A DNA stretch of 62,727 bases, filler included, from Choristocarpus tenellus KU-1152 (GCA_964200185.2; 7 parts of 7 records of this genome joined end to end with filler, not necessarily neighbours in it), one strand, 5' to 3'; numbered from the whole stretch's first letter, positions 12,201-26,194 are shown. A program made the numbers and translations. Notes: a model not told the origin generated them from the sequence alone.

Positions 12201-14845
12201 CATGTTGTAATGGGTTCACAAATGGTACAATGAAAGAAGGAATCTCTTCCTAGCTCAAATGTGATATCTTCTTCATGATGCATTCTAGGTTATACACTTC
12301 AGTCTAGTCCCAATTCTTCCCTGCCTCCATATTTCTGTTTTGCCCATTTCCTATTGTCCCCACCACCTCCCAACACCCGACCACTTCAGCACATCCCAAA
12401 ATCAAGCACAGCGTGCCACACCTCAGCAACAACACGGAGACCTTTGTTCTCAGCGAGGCATGCCTTCAACTCCTTGCCCTGGATCTCGAACTAAATAAAA
12501 AATGGGCCATGGATGCAATGTATGATGGGGATAGGGGAGTGGGAAGGTGGCGGGGGGTAAGAGGAGAAGGTTATACTCAATCTTGACTGTGTTAAGGATG
12601 CTCAATTCCACATAAATCCTGCAGCTGCACAAAATATTGCGCTTGAATATTTAGAATTTTGAGGATTTCCCCCATTAAGTGTAGGGGAAGCAGATTTGTG
12701 GAAGGAGGGGGTATATTTTTCCTGGTTCGACCCCATGGTGGAGAGAACCAGGTCTAAGCTACAGGACATAATTCAACTCCATAATATCTCATACCTTAGC
12801 CTTCAGGGAGTTCAGCTCATCACACACGGATTCTTTTTCCACTATGACTTTCTTGGAATCTTCCTTGGCTGCAGTGAGCTCTGCTCTAGTGACTGAGAGG
12901 ACTTCTGCAGACCTCAGCAACTCCTCTTTCAATCCAGACAGTGTCGTTGCTTGTATCTGAAGGTCAACACTCTTTGCTCTTTCTGACTCCCACCTGGGAG
13001 TATGTCATGACCAGAGTGAAAGGGTGAGAGTGTAGAGGGTGGAAGGGGGTTGACGGGGCACAACATGGACTGAGGTGGACCCACAGTTCAGGGAACAGAC
13101 GATTTGATTAATTTTCCTCGCTAAAGTGCAGGTAGAGCAGAGTGACATGAAGGTCTAGGGGGTGTTCATGCAGCTGTTGCGAGTATGTGTCGTTGTTGTT
13201 GTCCTTGTTGTTAGGTATTTGGATTGTCCTTACTGCATGCCTATGTGTCTTCTCAATGCCTGTGTCAGTTCCCTCTTGATTCTTGGTACTTCCCAGAGTG
13301 GGTTTGAACAACTTACACTTCCATCAAGTATAAACCTGCAATAATTTTCCCCTCCTTCCCCTACCTGTACCTGAAGAGAATTTTGCTCACCTACTAAGGA
13401 GATCTGTCAGCTGGGCCCCATACTCAGCCCCATCGCTGTGCGACTGCTCCATAGATCTTGTCTGGTCATCAGGGCCAAAAAAGGTCACAGAGGATAGGGT
13501 TAGGGTGTCGGTTCACACTGAGCAATGTCAGAGGTGGATTGGTATATCAGGTACTGGTGCTTTTTGAATGTTGCTGGCTGACATACAAGTAAATTTTTCC
13601 TTGCTTCAAGATATACTGAAACGAGAAAATTGAGGTGCAAAATCAAAGAGAAATTTCTTGCTCTGTCATTCACACAACGTGATGAATGAAGTGGAATTGA
13701 AGATAGACATGTAACATTGCTCATCCTTCAGGAAAACACTAGGACACCCTTTCTGAGTACTGTAGAACCCATAGTGCATGGGGACGCCTTTGCTCCAAGC
13801 ACGTATGTACCTCTTTCAAACACCAGAGAACATCACTGACACTAAGAAAAGCAGGTATACTGCACAATAGGTAAAACCTCAAGCAAACCATTCCTCACTT
13901 GTTTTCATGCTTTTCTTGAATTTTCGACACACCACTGTACTTCGGCAATGTTCATGTGCCATAAAATAATCACCATCAAACAAATCCACCAACAAACCTG
14001 CACACCTGACAACAGCATTATTGCCTTGTCCTTTTTGACCCCCTGAGTTGACAAAGGTCAAACAAGTATACAACTGAGGGTGTCGACATACAGCTCTAGA
14101 CTGAGAGTCTTTCATTTCTTACCACAACGCCTCGGGGGGCGCTACACCCTCGAGTAGAGAGCGGCATAGAGGGAGACCTCGTCTTTGCCCTGCCTTCCCT
14201 ATCCACCCCCCCATGCTTGGAATTGATCTCTTCTGGCCCCCTCTTGGCTTGGGGGCGGTTGAAGGATAAGAAAGGGGAGGGGAGCGCAGAAGCCTCAGTC
14301 TCTTTTAAGGCAGAGGGGAGGGGCCTGAGTACTTGCAGTTGTCCTCCCTCCACCGGCGTTCCTTAAAAATGGGTGAACGAACGTGACCAAGAGTAAGATT
14401 AAGAGAAGGGATGAGGGAAGATTGGGATGATAATGTTCTAGGATGAGGAATGATGTGCTTGCTGATTATATGGCAATGTGAGGTAGCAAGTAAGAAAGTC
14501 GTAGGTTCCTTGAGCCGACCTTTCCTCTCTTATATCAAAGCACGAAATTGAGGTGAGGAAGAGAATCCCATGACCGAAAAATAGTCGTCCTGCAAACCTG
14601 AACCTGCAAGAGCAACATCCCGAGAATCCCAAGACTGCCCGCGCTTTCTCCTGCGGAACCTTTGAAGCTGTTGTAGACCAAGGGAGAGGTGAATATGTGA
14701 GGGAATCACTCTCAATATTGACAACTTCAATGACGGTAGACATTTCAATAAAAAAAGCTGACTGAGAACACGTTGCTTCCTGGAAAATACACGACTATCA
14801 ACTCACCAGTCTCCTCCCATCTTCCACTGCTGTAGGTGTGCTCAT
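3244..14845 (-). CDS. Long coiled-coil protein, multi-exon, 3' end lost in gap
   Basis: Phase-consistent GT-AG exons 14123-14361, 13391-13461, 12795-12993, 11539-11883, 9496-9615, 8579-8725 and a ~3.8-kb exon 3244-7077; E/A/L/R/K-rich heptad-like sequence. The 5'-most exons and the ATG at 14845 are tentative. Confidence 0.8.
7403..7580. mobile_element. MITE family B (178 bp, poly-G/C TIRs), intronic
   Basis: GGCTCAAAGTATCTGGGG ... CCCCAGATACTTCGGGTC; ATCA on both flanks. Confidence 0.85.
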
Positions 14846-15882
14846 TGCGTTTAACGGGATATAACCATGGAAATAGACCTAGCTTGGACAAATTGCTCTA
14901 CAAAGTTGGTCCCCAATGTACCAACTCAGAAGAGAAGAAATCTAAAGTGGGGATCGCAAGACCATGCCCCATTGGAACCTCCCAACTGTTCACGTCAAGA
15001 TGGATGAGACTAGGGTTTCATTTGAATAGTAAACAAGAGTTCAAGTTTTAAAAACTCAACTGGTTTTCTGTGCAAGTCATGAATAAACATAAACTGAATA
15101 CGAAAAACGCCTGTCTACGAGACGACATCCAACACCACAACAATTATGTAGAATGGAGAAATCGACCAGGGTGGCATGTGCGTATGCTCTAGGTTTAGAA
15201 GCCCGATCTCGTTGAGCGCTGGTGGTGCCAGAAATAATATTCATCAAGCACCAGACTGAAGAGTCTACTCTGAACGCGTTTCCATACATTCGCCGTTGAA
15301 CCCGAGGCGTACGTCTTTGGCCTCGTCTCCTTGAAGAGGTTACCAGCGATCGCCAGACTCTTCGTCGCGTTCGAGCATCCTGCGATCACCTCGCAGAAAA
15401 AGTTGCCTAGGAAAATGTCATTAAGAAGGATAAGCGACGGTTCACCCCCTCCAATTGTCGATGACTTGGTTCCCCGACGTGGACCAGGGCGCATCAACTC
15501 CGCACGGCGACCACCTCCTGGGGAGACTGTCTTAGGGAAAGAGACTAAAACAGGTAGGTTCTTTCGCTCTTCACGAGGATTTTTCGTCAATTGCTATCAT
15601 TTTCTGAGCATTTTGCCGTAGCTCAGCCTGCCAAACTGCTTTTGTTGCTTTCAGAATTGAGGAGTGCTACGGCGTATACTTTCTGTAACCAGTGTGCCAT
15701 GTCTCTTGAAAATTGACCAACAAGAAGTTGCGAACAGCATGTAATATCGCATTGCATGAGGGGGAATAGGGAAGGATGGGTGTGGGTCATGTCTTGTCCT
15801 GATTTGAAACGAGTTCAGTCCCAGTTTGATGCCACCTTCAATCAAGTCTGACTCTCCATGAGCGAGCGCGAATTGATTTATT

Positions 15883-18800
15883 ATGATGAAATCCTCAGGT
15901 AAACAGAATTGTGACATATTAAAACCAAGAACACCTCTGGATGGTTGTTCGAAAAAACTCAAGATTATTAAGCCCTACCTAAACAAGGCCTGTTCCCCCC
16001 TCCCCAGCAGATGTTTCAAAGGGTCCCGCTGCAACGTCCACCTCTACGACGACCTCCACTATCGCTTTGACTAAGACCACCGCTGCTACAATCGCTGCTT
16101 CATCCTCAACCACCTCCACTGCCAACATAACCCTTGTCACCAGCAACAGTGTTGTTTCCACCACTACCACACTCACCAAACCAACTCCAACACAGCCCCC
16201 ATCTTCCACTACCAGAGCTGACAAAGGGGTCAATCAAGCCAAGTTTGATACAGTGTCTGTCACAAGCTCAACCCCAGCTGATGGAACCACCTCTGTTGTA
16301 CGAACAAACTCCTTATCCGGATTCCTACGCCCTTGTGCAAGAATAATATCTCAGTCTTCAACCTCTACAGATGTCATTGGGAACGTTGGACAGGCTTGTC
16401 AGAAAGTTAAAGACCTCTCTTACCCTGTTGTTGGCACTTCAGCTCATGATTTAGTGAACAGGCCCCTATCTGCTTCTAGACGTCCCGATGCGTCTAGCAA
16501 GCATACACAGAAGAAGGGGGGAAGAAGGCTTGAGGTTCCTTGCAAACCTGCAGGGAAGGCGACAGCTCCAGTGGCCTCACCTGTGGACCTGGTAAAGCCA
16601 GAGAAGACAGTTCAATCTGCAGATGTGAAGATGCAGGGCAAAGGTTGCAATGTATTGAGTCAGGATGCTGTTGAAATGGCACTCAAAGGTAGCCTGTCAT
16701 CAAGCAGGAGAAAGCCTCGAGTACGGGACTGTCCTCCAGCAACACCTAGAGTAGAGAGTTTGTCAACAGTGAGGGCATTCAAGAAGGGATCTAGTGAAAC
16801 CATAGCTTCAGGTGTTAGGAATGAGACATTGTCTGCATGTGGGACTTTCCCACCACAACTGTCGATTCCAAATACCCTGCCCAACGAAGATAACCCTGAC
16901 AGGGAGACCAAGGACCTGCAAACTATAGTGCAGGATCTATGCAAGAACCTGCAGAGTTTGCTCGAGTCTAATGGCAAGAGAGTTCCGACAACGAACTTGA
17001 GTTCTCGCTACCGGTCAACATTTGGTAAACCAATGAACCTTGCTGGCTACAAGGTGTGTAACCTAGAGTGCAATGAAGGACTACATTCATCCTTGATCAT
17101 GATTTTGTTGTTCAGCAATTTATGGTGTTACTGGCTGTGTAATATTAGAAGAGGGGGTATTTGTGGTCAACTGTTGGAGTGTTCTACTACCCAAGTAGCC
17201 TTTCCTGCTAGCCTAACCCTCAATTAATCCTTTCATCTCAACTCCTCACAACTAACTTTTCCAAGACCCAAGCCCTTCCTCTTCAACCCTTCATCAAACA
17301 TCAAAGATCTATGCAAAGTTTTTGTGAGGCTAGGTGGTGAAATGTGCTGATGTGGTAATGTCTCCTACAGGATTGAGAAATACAAAATGGAGCTGTGGAG
17401 ATTGTGGTGTTACAAAAAGCAGATCATCTTCACTAGGAGAGCTTTTGATCAACCTGAAACGGTCATTTTTGTTTTTTCACACCCATAACCTTTCCATCTC
17501 AATTCCCAGTTTGAAGCCACCCCCTCAATTATTTTTTTTCCAAATAGCTAAAGAGAAAATAGTTGAACAAGTTTTGTCATCCTTACATCTTTTCACCCCC
17601 CAAGTTCCATTTCTTCCCTCAAACGGCTACTTGAATCATGCCCCAGATATGAATGAAACCCGGACATCTTGTTGCTCTCATATGCCACACAGAAGAGCCT
17701 TGCATTATCCCTTCTTAACTATCATGCTAAGCATCATCCACCCTCTTGTCCGGCATCCCCACCCTCTTGTCCGGCATCCCCACCCTCTTGTCCGGCATCC
17801 CCACCCTCTCGTGCTTTTTTGCCAGCTAAAAGATTTAATCTCACAGGGTTATCTCCCTGGAATAGCACTGATCACACCGGCAACTGGAGATGTAAGGGAA
17901 AAAGAGTTATGCCTGGTGGGCAGGTCATACCGAAGCCCATCACAAGGGCAACACTCTACATCCTTGAGCAAAATGTCCCACCAAGCAAACCTTGGTGCCA
18001 CCAGTGCTGGCGCCAGAGTCAGACCCAATATCCTGCTGAAGGGTGTCAATAGAACAGCAGAACGGGTTGCTGGTGCTCACAAATATGTGGATGCTGATTC
18101 TCATCAAAACCATGTCCCATTATCAGTGCTTGATGGGGGTCCTCCACCGACATGGAGGCTTGATACCATTGGCGCCACCTCTCCTGGCCTCATCACTGGT
18201 CATCTCTCACCTTTCAAGTTATCTGATAGTGTTAGTTCAAACCCTGTCAAGGTATCTGATGCTCTTGGAGACAGTAGCCATAAGAAAGAAGGCCATTTCC
18301 GGGATACGGATGAGCACTTGCATCCAGTATCAAAGGTAGGAAACGCTGCTGATCACAGACCGCTGGTTGGTGATCATCTGAATGTCAGAGGCAAGTGGGA
18401 AAATTATCCGGTACACACAACTGACCCCTCCAATACCAGGAGATGCTCTCGCTCCCCTCGTGCTCATCGTTCGCCACATTCAGTAAGATCTCCCCCGAGA
18501 GGCTCATATACTAGTGGTGATAGCAGACGTGGCCGTGGTCGAGATGATGTTCGCTCATCTGGTACAGGAAGGGGTGACCCAGGTGGTGGTTGGGATAGAA
18601 GGATGAGAGAGAGGTACGACTGTAATATGAAGAGGGAATGGAGCAGGGACAGGAGTGAATCTAACAGGGACAGACCAGGAAGAGATAGAGAGGCAGACAT
18701 GAGTAGAGCCAGGGAAGGAAGAAGGGTTAGAGGAAGAAGAGACAGGTATGAAAGGGGAAGGTTTGACTGCATCAGTGACTCCCCTTCTCGGAACTCCCAT

Positions 18801-21717
18801 GGTGGGCGTAACACATGGAGTGCCTCAAGAGATAGGCTAACACCCTGCCCCCCGTCGCAGTCAGGGTCTTTCTTCAGCAAGAGGGGCACACAGAGCAAAG
18901 AACGTGGCAATGTTGATCAGGAGTGGGGTTCCCAGCGCACAGGGACCCTGTCGGAGTCTTTCTCCAGCAAAAGGGGCAGAGAAAACAATGGACTTGGTAC
19001 TTGGTCCGATAGCAGGGAGAGGCAAAGTGACAAGTACAGGCATGACACATTTAGATATTACAACCCCAGCAAAAGGCAGGCCCTTGATAGGGGAAGGGAA
19101 GGTGTCCACAGATGGAAGTCCAACTCCCCCCACAATTCCCCTGTTAGAAGGCGTGAGGATGAACATCCTTTTGAAGGGCACTACAACAATGACAGGGGTG
19201 ACCGTTACGAGCGCCAGGCCAGAGATGGTGACCACGGTGGTAGCAGGAACTACAACAGCAAGAGTGTTGGTGGTTTTGTGGAGCTACAGCATTTTAAAGA
19301 GGATAATAGCCTCCCCGTGCCACCAAGAAAGCGAGAAGAGCAGGGCAAACATTATGAGGATGTAATCGTGCACCAGCTCCAGCCTGCACGTGATCGGGAG
19401 AGGGAGGTAACGTGGGATGGCTTTTTGCTGATTCGTGGAACGCATTTTGCAGTTCCCGAGGACACAATTCGGAGGTTTCTGCATATTCATGGTGCAAAAA
19501 CTGGTGGAGAGATTAATGTTATGAAGGTGAGCAAATAAAGAAGATGATGTATTGATAACAAATACTTGATCTCTCCTGCAAGTCTTGGCGGGATGTATTT
19601 TCTTTGGGTATTCCTCGCTTTGTGCAATGATGTTTGGATTGGCATGAGGGACTTAGCGTGTGCTTGGAGGTATCACTAGTTACAGCTGTTATAGGAAGAA
19701 AAGGGAATGCTGGTCTGTTGATCAATACATCTAAGTGGGGCGTGTGTACATGTAAATTGCAACTGATTTCCTGGCATACTCATGATACTGCATTGAACAT
19801 GTTTTTAAACAAATGAGATTCCAAAAGTTTGTTCTCTCCACTGCTATTTAGAATTCTTCACCAACCATACCATGTAGGTATTTCCTCTCTGATGACAACA
19901 TGAGTGTCGGACATGAACGAACCTTACCTAGCTTGAGATAATACCGTGTGCATTCTTTTGGAAATTCCAAATGCATCGTTTTTATACGCTTTAATGGGAT
20001 GATCATTGCTCGTGTGTGTCCCTTTTGTTCTAGGGTATCTCTTACATTGAATGCCTATTGTTCCATGTTGATCTGTGCGAGGAAGACAAAATCCTTTCCA
20101 CCACACATGACTTTGCAACATTTGGGGAATGCTAAGTTTGAGCCTTTGCCTGTTTCTATATTTTGTTAGTTTTCCTCACCATGACTTAGTAAGCCAACCA
20201 TCACATAACCCAACCCAACTCTTACCCTCTTGGAGCATACTCACCCCAACTCAATCCAAGCCTAGGCTGCTGCTTTTATGTAAACAAGCTCTACTGTATG
20301 CCTTGTCTTCCTCTTGTACCTCACTCCTCTATTCTCCTTGTTCTTTCGAATGCCCTGTTGTGAATTGTGTCTCCTCTGCCGTTCCCCATTCAAGTGCTTT
20401 GTTCTGGTTCAGATGTCATCCTTCAGAGAGGCAGAACGTGCATCACGCATTCTGAATGGCATGGTGATGACCTCACTGGTGTGTGGAGATAATCTGAATG
20501 GGATTCCCTCTGCACCCTATAAGCCAAAGAAGGGCACACAGGGGCTGCTACTGGCTGAGACACTCGAGGAAGAGGAGTACCGTCGCATCAAAGCCAAGTA
20601 TGGAGCGTATGGGGACAGTATCAGGCAGGCAGGATCCCTCTATAATGAGAGAGTTGCAACTTTGAATAATGGGGGGCAAGACATTGACCTCTGTCCTTAT
20701 GTTGAGATGGTTGGTGGGTGCATCTACAGTATTGACTGCCCCCTCAAACACTCAAAAGCTCAGAGAGTCTCACCACATGGTGCCTCCCACCCTCATAATC
20801 GTCTGGAAAAAGGCAACACTGCCCCTTTTGTACCCTTCGGTCATAGAGGTAAAAATGGAGGTGGTGTTGACTCACTACGTGAGCAGAATAGGCTGCTGGA
20901 GGGGCAAACCTCGCTGGAGGGGCAAACCTCCCCTCCCACTGACCCTGTTGTCAAGGACCAAAACACTGAGGAAATGAGCAGCATGGATGGGCCTGTCAAC
21001 CAAAATGAAAACTTCCCTCATCACTATGGTGGCAGAGGGAGTCTGGGCAGAGCAGACCCTTCTAAAGGAGATGTGCATGGCGTCCATGAAGGTGATGACA
21101 TGAGTAACATCTACTTTGAGGGCAGTGGAAGTGGCGATAGCTACACATATCAGACAGGAAGCATTAGTGATCGAGATCTTGTTGATCATAGAGGAAAAGT
21201 TGAGACCATCGATGCAGATCGGACTAGCAGGGCATATGGGAACCGCATGCTGGGTGATGACGACAGCAGCTACAGGAGAGGATATGGGAACCAAGTTGGG
21301 ACCATACAAAGCATAAACAACTGGTCACACACTTCAAGTGAACATGGTGGTCTCCATAATGACAGGAACAACCTTGGCATCACCTTCACAAACAGTAGTG
21401 ATGTGTTGAGCAGTACAGTGGTTCAGAGCAGAAGCAATGATGAGCCTGGGGATCACCCAGTAGTGACAGTCTGGCGCCAGCAACCCCTTAAAAGTGAAAT
21501 GGATGTGGAACCTTCACAAAGCCGTGACATTTCTGATCCTACCACAAAGCCAAATGTGATTGAGCCCACGTTCTTAATTACTATGAAGGAGCCTCCAAAG
21601 ACAACATTCCATGTCACATTGGGCAGAGATAGAGATAGTCATATGCGCAATCGTGGAAGGGGTCGAAGAGGCAGGGGAGGCCGTGGTAGGGGTCGGGGAG
21701 GCAAAGGTAAGGTGTAA
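15883..21717 (+). CDS. Predicted RNA-binding protein: LOTUS/OST-HTH + R/D/S-rich disordered region + RRM-like domain + CCCH zinc finger + RGG tail
   Basis: Exons 15883-15898, 16008-17053, 17826-19526, ~20395/20413-21717. Spliced LQSLLESNGKRVPTTNLSSRYRSTFGKPMNLAGYK|LKDLISQGYLPGIALI fits LOTUS; FLLIRGTHFAVPEDTIRRFL...CFVLVQMSSFREAERASRILNG fits RRM; CPYVEMVGGCIYSIDCPLKH is C-x8-C-x5-C-x3-H; ends RGRGRRGRGGRGRGRGGKGKV*. Confidence 0.8.
17738..17808. repeat. 21-bp tandem repeat x~3.4 just upstream of a splice acceptor
   Basis: CCACCCTCTTGTCCGGCATCC repeated. Confidence 0.9.
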
Positions 21718-23297
21718 CAAACCCATGCACAACACTGGTCATCATCTCTGTGAAAGAACAAAAGGATTGGGCAGTGAGATTATTACTTGGTACATCAAAC
21801 TCACATGACCTCCTACATTGATGCTCTCTGCAAGTGAGCGAGACCCTTGACCTGCTGCGTTGAGGTCTTCACACAAGTCATGGTCAAGTGAGGAAACTGC
21901 ACCTCTTGTCTGTGTGTGAGAGCTCAATATGGATTGAGGGAGATAAGACCACAGTATTTTTCATGAACCCCTCTACCGTGTTGTGTTGCTCTGACCGCAG
22001 AGGTGGTGTGGTGTGGGGCATTCACTGAGGATCATTTATGGGTTGTGTGGAAGGTGAGAAATGGGAGATGTGTGCAATCCTTCACACCTACTATGTTTTA
22101 GGGTTGGTTTTTGTCTGATTGCATAGTTAGCAAAAGAACCACAGGGTTTGGAATGGAGGCAAGTGGACTTACCTTGTACATATCTCTTGGCCAAAGGAAC
22201 TTGTTGTCAATGTGTATTCATGCTGCCTCTTTCTGCATTAATGAGAAACTGGGTAGAAGCAATCTCAAACTTGACCGTGTAAAAAGTCAAGAGTTTGTGT
22301 TGCCTGTGACAGGTATTTCTACCTGTAGATAATGATATCCACTGTGTTGTGTTGATCCCACTGCAGAGCTGTACCTGTAGGGTGGATAGAGGGACATAAG
22401 CAAGACTGCATTCTATCAGATGTCCTTAGGAGAGTTTTGGGGTGCAGTGAGATAATTCTCTGTGTCAAGTTCTTGTAGATTACTCAAACACTCCTATTCT
22501 CATAATAGATGGGGAAGGGGCAAGACTTTTTTTTCTTGGATCATTATGATATAGGAGTGATGTCAACAAGTAGGTTTGGACCACCTAATATGGCTCAAAG
22601 TGGAGTCAGGAGAGTTTACCACATTGACTATTGTTATTAATGATTTGTTTTTTGTTTTTTGATATGTGCATGTTAGCTCACTGTATGACTAAATTTGTCT
22701 AAGAGGAGAGGCATACGCTCATAGTCTTTGCTGAAATGTGCTCAGCCCTTCCTTGACTCAGTAGGTATCTGTCGTAAGACATCCAACCTCCTCCAGCCCT
22801 AATCCTTTGTTTAAAGCACGTTATCATGTACATGTTTTAATAATCTGGATAGCGACAAAGAGGCAAGATGTGCATTCATTGCACTGGACTGCAGGATTCT
22901 GATTGTTTATAGTTAGTGGAGGGGGGTGGTTATTGGTGTGGATCTTGCTTGCTGATTGCAGAGGGAAGAGAGTGAAGCTTATTGTGATTTTCTTTTGCTG
23001 TGATCTACATCTACATCACCAATGAGGGGTAGGGTGACTAGACCGAATCTCCTGCTGTGGTATATGCCTGTCGAGCAAGGCATTGGTTTGAACATGATGG
23101 AAGAGCTTGTGGGTTGGAATGATGCACCGGTCTGTTGTGGTTAGCTATGATGTAGGAATTTGTGGTCCTGTCATGACCATGTGCACAGATTTCCTCCTTG
23201 GCTCTACAGATTGGGGAGTGATCATTTTTGCATGCGACTAGCACAGATTTCGTTTATTTGTCAATGCATGTAATGCCCCACTATCTGTGGGCAGGCT

Positions 23298-23527
23298 TAG
23301 TACTCCCTGAGGATCATATGGTATCCTATCGATGCATCCTACTACTGTTCTAGGTGTGAATGTGTGGTTTTGACTTGCAGTGCAATAGCTGGAAGTGAAC
23401 AGGGATGGAAAGTAGTACTCCCTGAGGATCATACGGTATCCTATCGATGCATTCTACTGCAGTTGTAGGTGTGAATGTGTGGTTTTGACTTGCAGTGCAA
23501 TGGCTGGAAGTGAACAGAGATGGGAAG
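23298..23527. repeat. 115-bp tandem duplication
   Basis: TAGTACTCCCTGAGGATCAT... starts at 23298 and again at 23413 with a few substitutions. Confidence 0.9.
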
Positions 23528-25818
23528 GTCAGAAAATGGACAGCTGTCACTGTCAAATTATCCTTTTTTTTTCTTGGGGATGTGTCTCTTCTAGTGGTGG
23601 CTGTTGACATGGTTGTAGTAGGGTATCACCACCTCATGTTGGGGTTGGATTTTTTAGCTACAAGCTAGTTAGTGGTGCAAAATACTCTAGGAGGGTCCAC
23701 ACAAACGCTTCCTTTTCTGTTCTGTGTACTGTGTTGTGCTTGGCATGTATGTCTTTATGTCGGTTGTGCCTGTATGCATACAAGTTTGGAGAATTTTCAA
23801 TGACTTTTGGAAAGCTCCCTACTGTGGCAAAGGGTTCATTACCTCAGATATGTGTGTGTGATATGTTATTATGGACCTCTTGTGGATGTGTTTTGCCTGC
23901 AACAAATAGTTACACATAGTAGTAGTAGTAGTAGAAGTAGTAGTATGCAGTTTTAGGTGTACCTACCCTCTTCATAGTGTTAATTGGGTGGTTCGCCTCT
24001 CGCTTCACCTAGTCTGATCCCTTTATAATTAACAATCACCTTCTAATATTGCACTATAATATTTTGCTTTCCTTTGACCTCAAACCTGATAGTGTTTCTG
24101 TTTGACTCTGATGCAAGATCTGGCAAGCAATGCGGACATAGCAAGCACATCCTTTTTTCCCCAACAATTTTCTTCTGGAAAGTCAAAGAAATTCACACTA
24201 CTACTTTGATGCGGAAGATTCTCCTCTCGTCTTTGTTGGATGGAATGCACGAACGGAGGTTATTGTCGGAACTACTCTGGGTATTGAAGTACTCATTTCA
24301 ACCACTGAACAAAATTCATTATACTTACATTCCGTTCAGGTATTACGCAATGGGGGTGTTACAACTATAATAGTACATTCAACAATTACAGTATAGTTAA
24401 GATCGTGGGTCGACCCATGGTTTGACTCCGTTGTTTCAGTTCAAGGCCATAAACCAGCCCTGATAATAATACTTACTGGTATCAGGTCAGTCTGCGGGCT
24501 GAACTTGTTGAAGTAGTAAACTGACAGGGGTTTTAGACATTTTTCCTGGACTAACCCAAGACGGGTCGAATCTTGAGAGTGCGTTCAAGAAATGTTTCCA
24601 CTTACAAAATAGGTGTTGAGTTGGCCTCAATTACACCTCTGGACTATTGTTATTGCTCTATATGGATGTTGGGGGGAATTGAATAGTTTCAAAACCTCCT
24701 TTTTTAGAAAGGACTTATTTTGGGAGTGAAAACACAGAAAACGATAGTTTTCTTCCGCGTCATACAATTTGAAATGCCCTACAAATAATATTATTGATTT
24801 TCCAAAATTTCATTCTAGGTTCTTTGTTGTTGGTGTTCCTTTTTTCTAGGTAACAATAATAACATGATTAAATTGAGCAAGTTGTAAGCACCTGCACTGC
24901 ATATTATACTGTACCAATATTATTATCTAGTCTTGAAAAAAAGGATCTTAACTCTACTTCTCCACCAATGATGGAGGAATCTAAGAGGCAGGATGTGTTG
25001 GTCTCTTGATGTACTAGATAGCATTGGTCCTTGACTTGAATTGCTTGACAAATTATGAGATTTGTTTGAACCTAACACATCTTGCTTGATGCTATTCTGA
25101 ACAAAGTAAACTATAACTTGAGTTGTGAAATAATTGATGTTCTTTACTTCTTGGAGGCAAACTCCTCTTGCTGAAACGGAATGTGGAAGAATGGGTACAG
25201 ACACACAATACATCTGTGTGTGTTGTTTGAGCTATTCATTTTATTATTGGTTCCTTTTTAGTCCTTAGGGTGGGGCAATGAATTATGAGAAAATGACATG
25301 AAATAACAAACAGATCAGGTTGGCTACACACAGACCTAACTAATATTTTGAATATAGTTTCTTTGGATCACAACTGTAATATTTTACCAGAATTGAGAAT
25401 AAGTACAAAAACATAATGCGCTCACAAAAACAATTCAACTACTCTATCAATGAGGGGAAGCACTTTACAATACCTTCAGTCCATGTTAAATAAATGGGTT
25501 CTTGCGCTGAGCTTCTCCAAAAACGATGGGTGCGTATGATTACCTCGATACATACTGCTGGCAACCAACTAATCGTAGAGAGAGCATCATCCGCACAACA
25601 GGTATCCACCAGTTCAATCAAAAGCAACATAAACCACACAAAAAGCAAAGTACATGGTATTGATCGATGGTGATGACTGCTATCTTTTGTCATTTACAAT
25701 AACAGTTGAGCTATCATACTCCCTAATAATGCAACAACCACCTACCAAGGCAGTAAACATTAACCATCATACATACAAAACTGTATTCCAACAAAACGAA
25801 AACAGCAGTGTGCCAACA

Positions 25819-25926
25819 GACCCAAAGTATCTGGGGGGGGGGGGGGGGGGGGAGGGGGGGGGGCACAACCCGGGGGGGCCGCTGGGGCCAAACCAGAAAA
25901 AGGGAATTTAATTATCCCATAAACCG
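25819..25926. mobile_element. MITE family B left end running into linker
   Basis: GACCCAAAGTATCT followed by a long poly-G; sequence after it is a garbled version of the family B interior. Confidence 0.7.
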
Positions 25927-26026
25927 NNNNNNNNNNNNNNNNNNNNNNNNNNNNNNNNNNNNNNNNNNNNTTAATTAATTAANNNNNNNNNNNNNNNNNN
26001 NNNNNNNNNNNNNNNNNNNNNNNNNN
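25927..26026. other. Artificial contig linker
   Basis: N44-TTAATTAATTAA-N44. Confidence 0.97.
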
Positions 26027-26194
26027 GGGGGGGGGGGGGTGGTCTACACCAGAGTGTCCATTCGGGTCCTAACCAGGAAGAGTGCGATTACAGTATCCAT
26101 CCGACACATACAACCAAATCACCCAGAAATCGCGACATGGAAAAATGGGTCCCAAACGGACAACCGCCACCCCACCCCCCAGATACTTTGAGCC
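26027..26194. mobile_element. MITE family B, left TIR lost in linker
   Basis: Reverse-complement match to 7403-7580; ends CCCCAGATACTTTGAGCC. Confidence 0.85.

Noticed and set aside
17334-17825. 5' part of the 734-aa ORF (and the 5' part of ORF 20314)
   Set aside because: Likely intronic read-through upstream of splice acceptors; includes the 21-bp repeat.
24100-25650. Coding-like fragments in an AT-rich stretch (also 27500-28020)
   Set aside because: No consistent exon chain or recognisable domain; stops in all frames.
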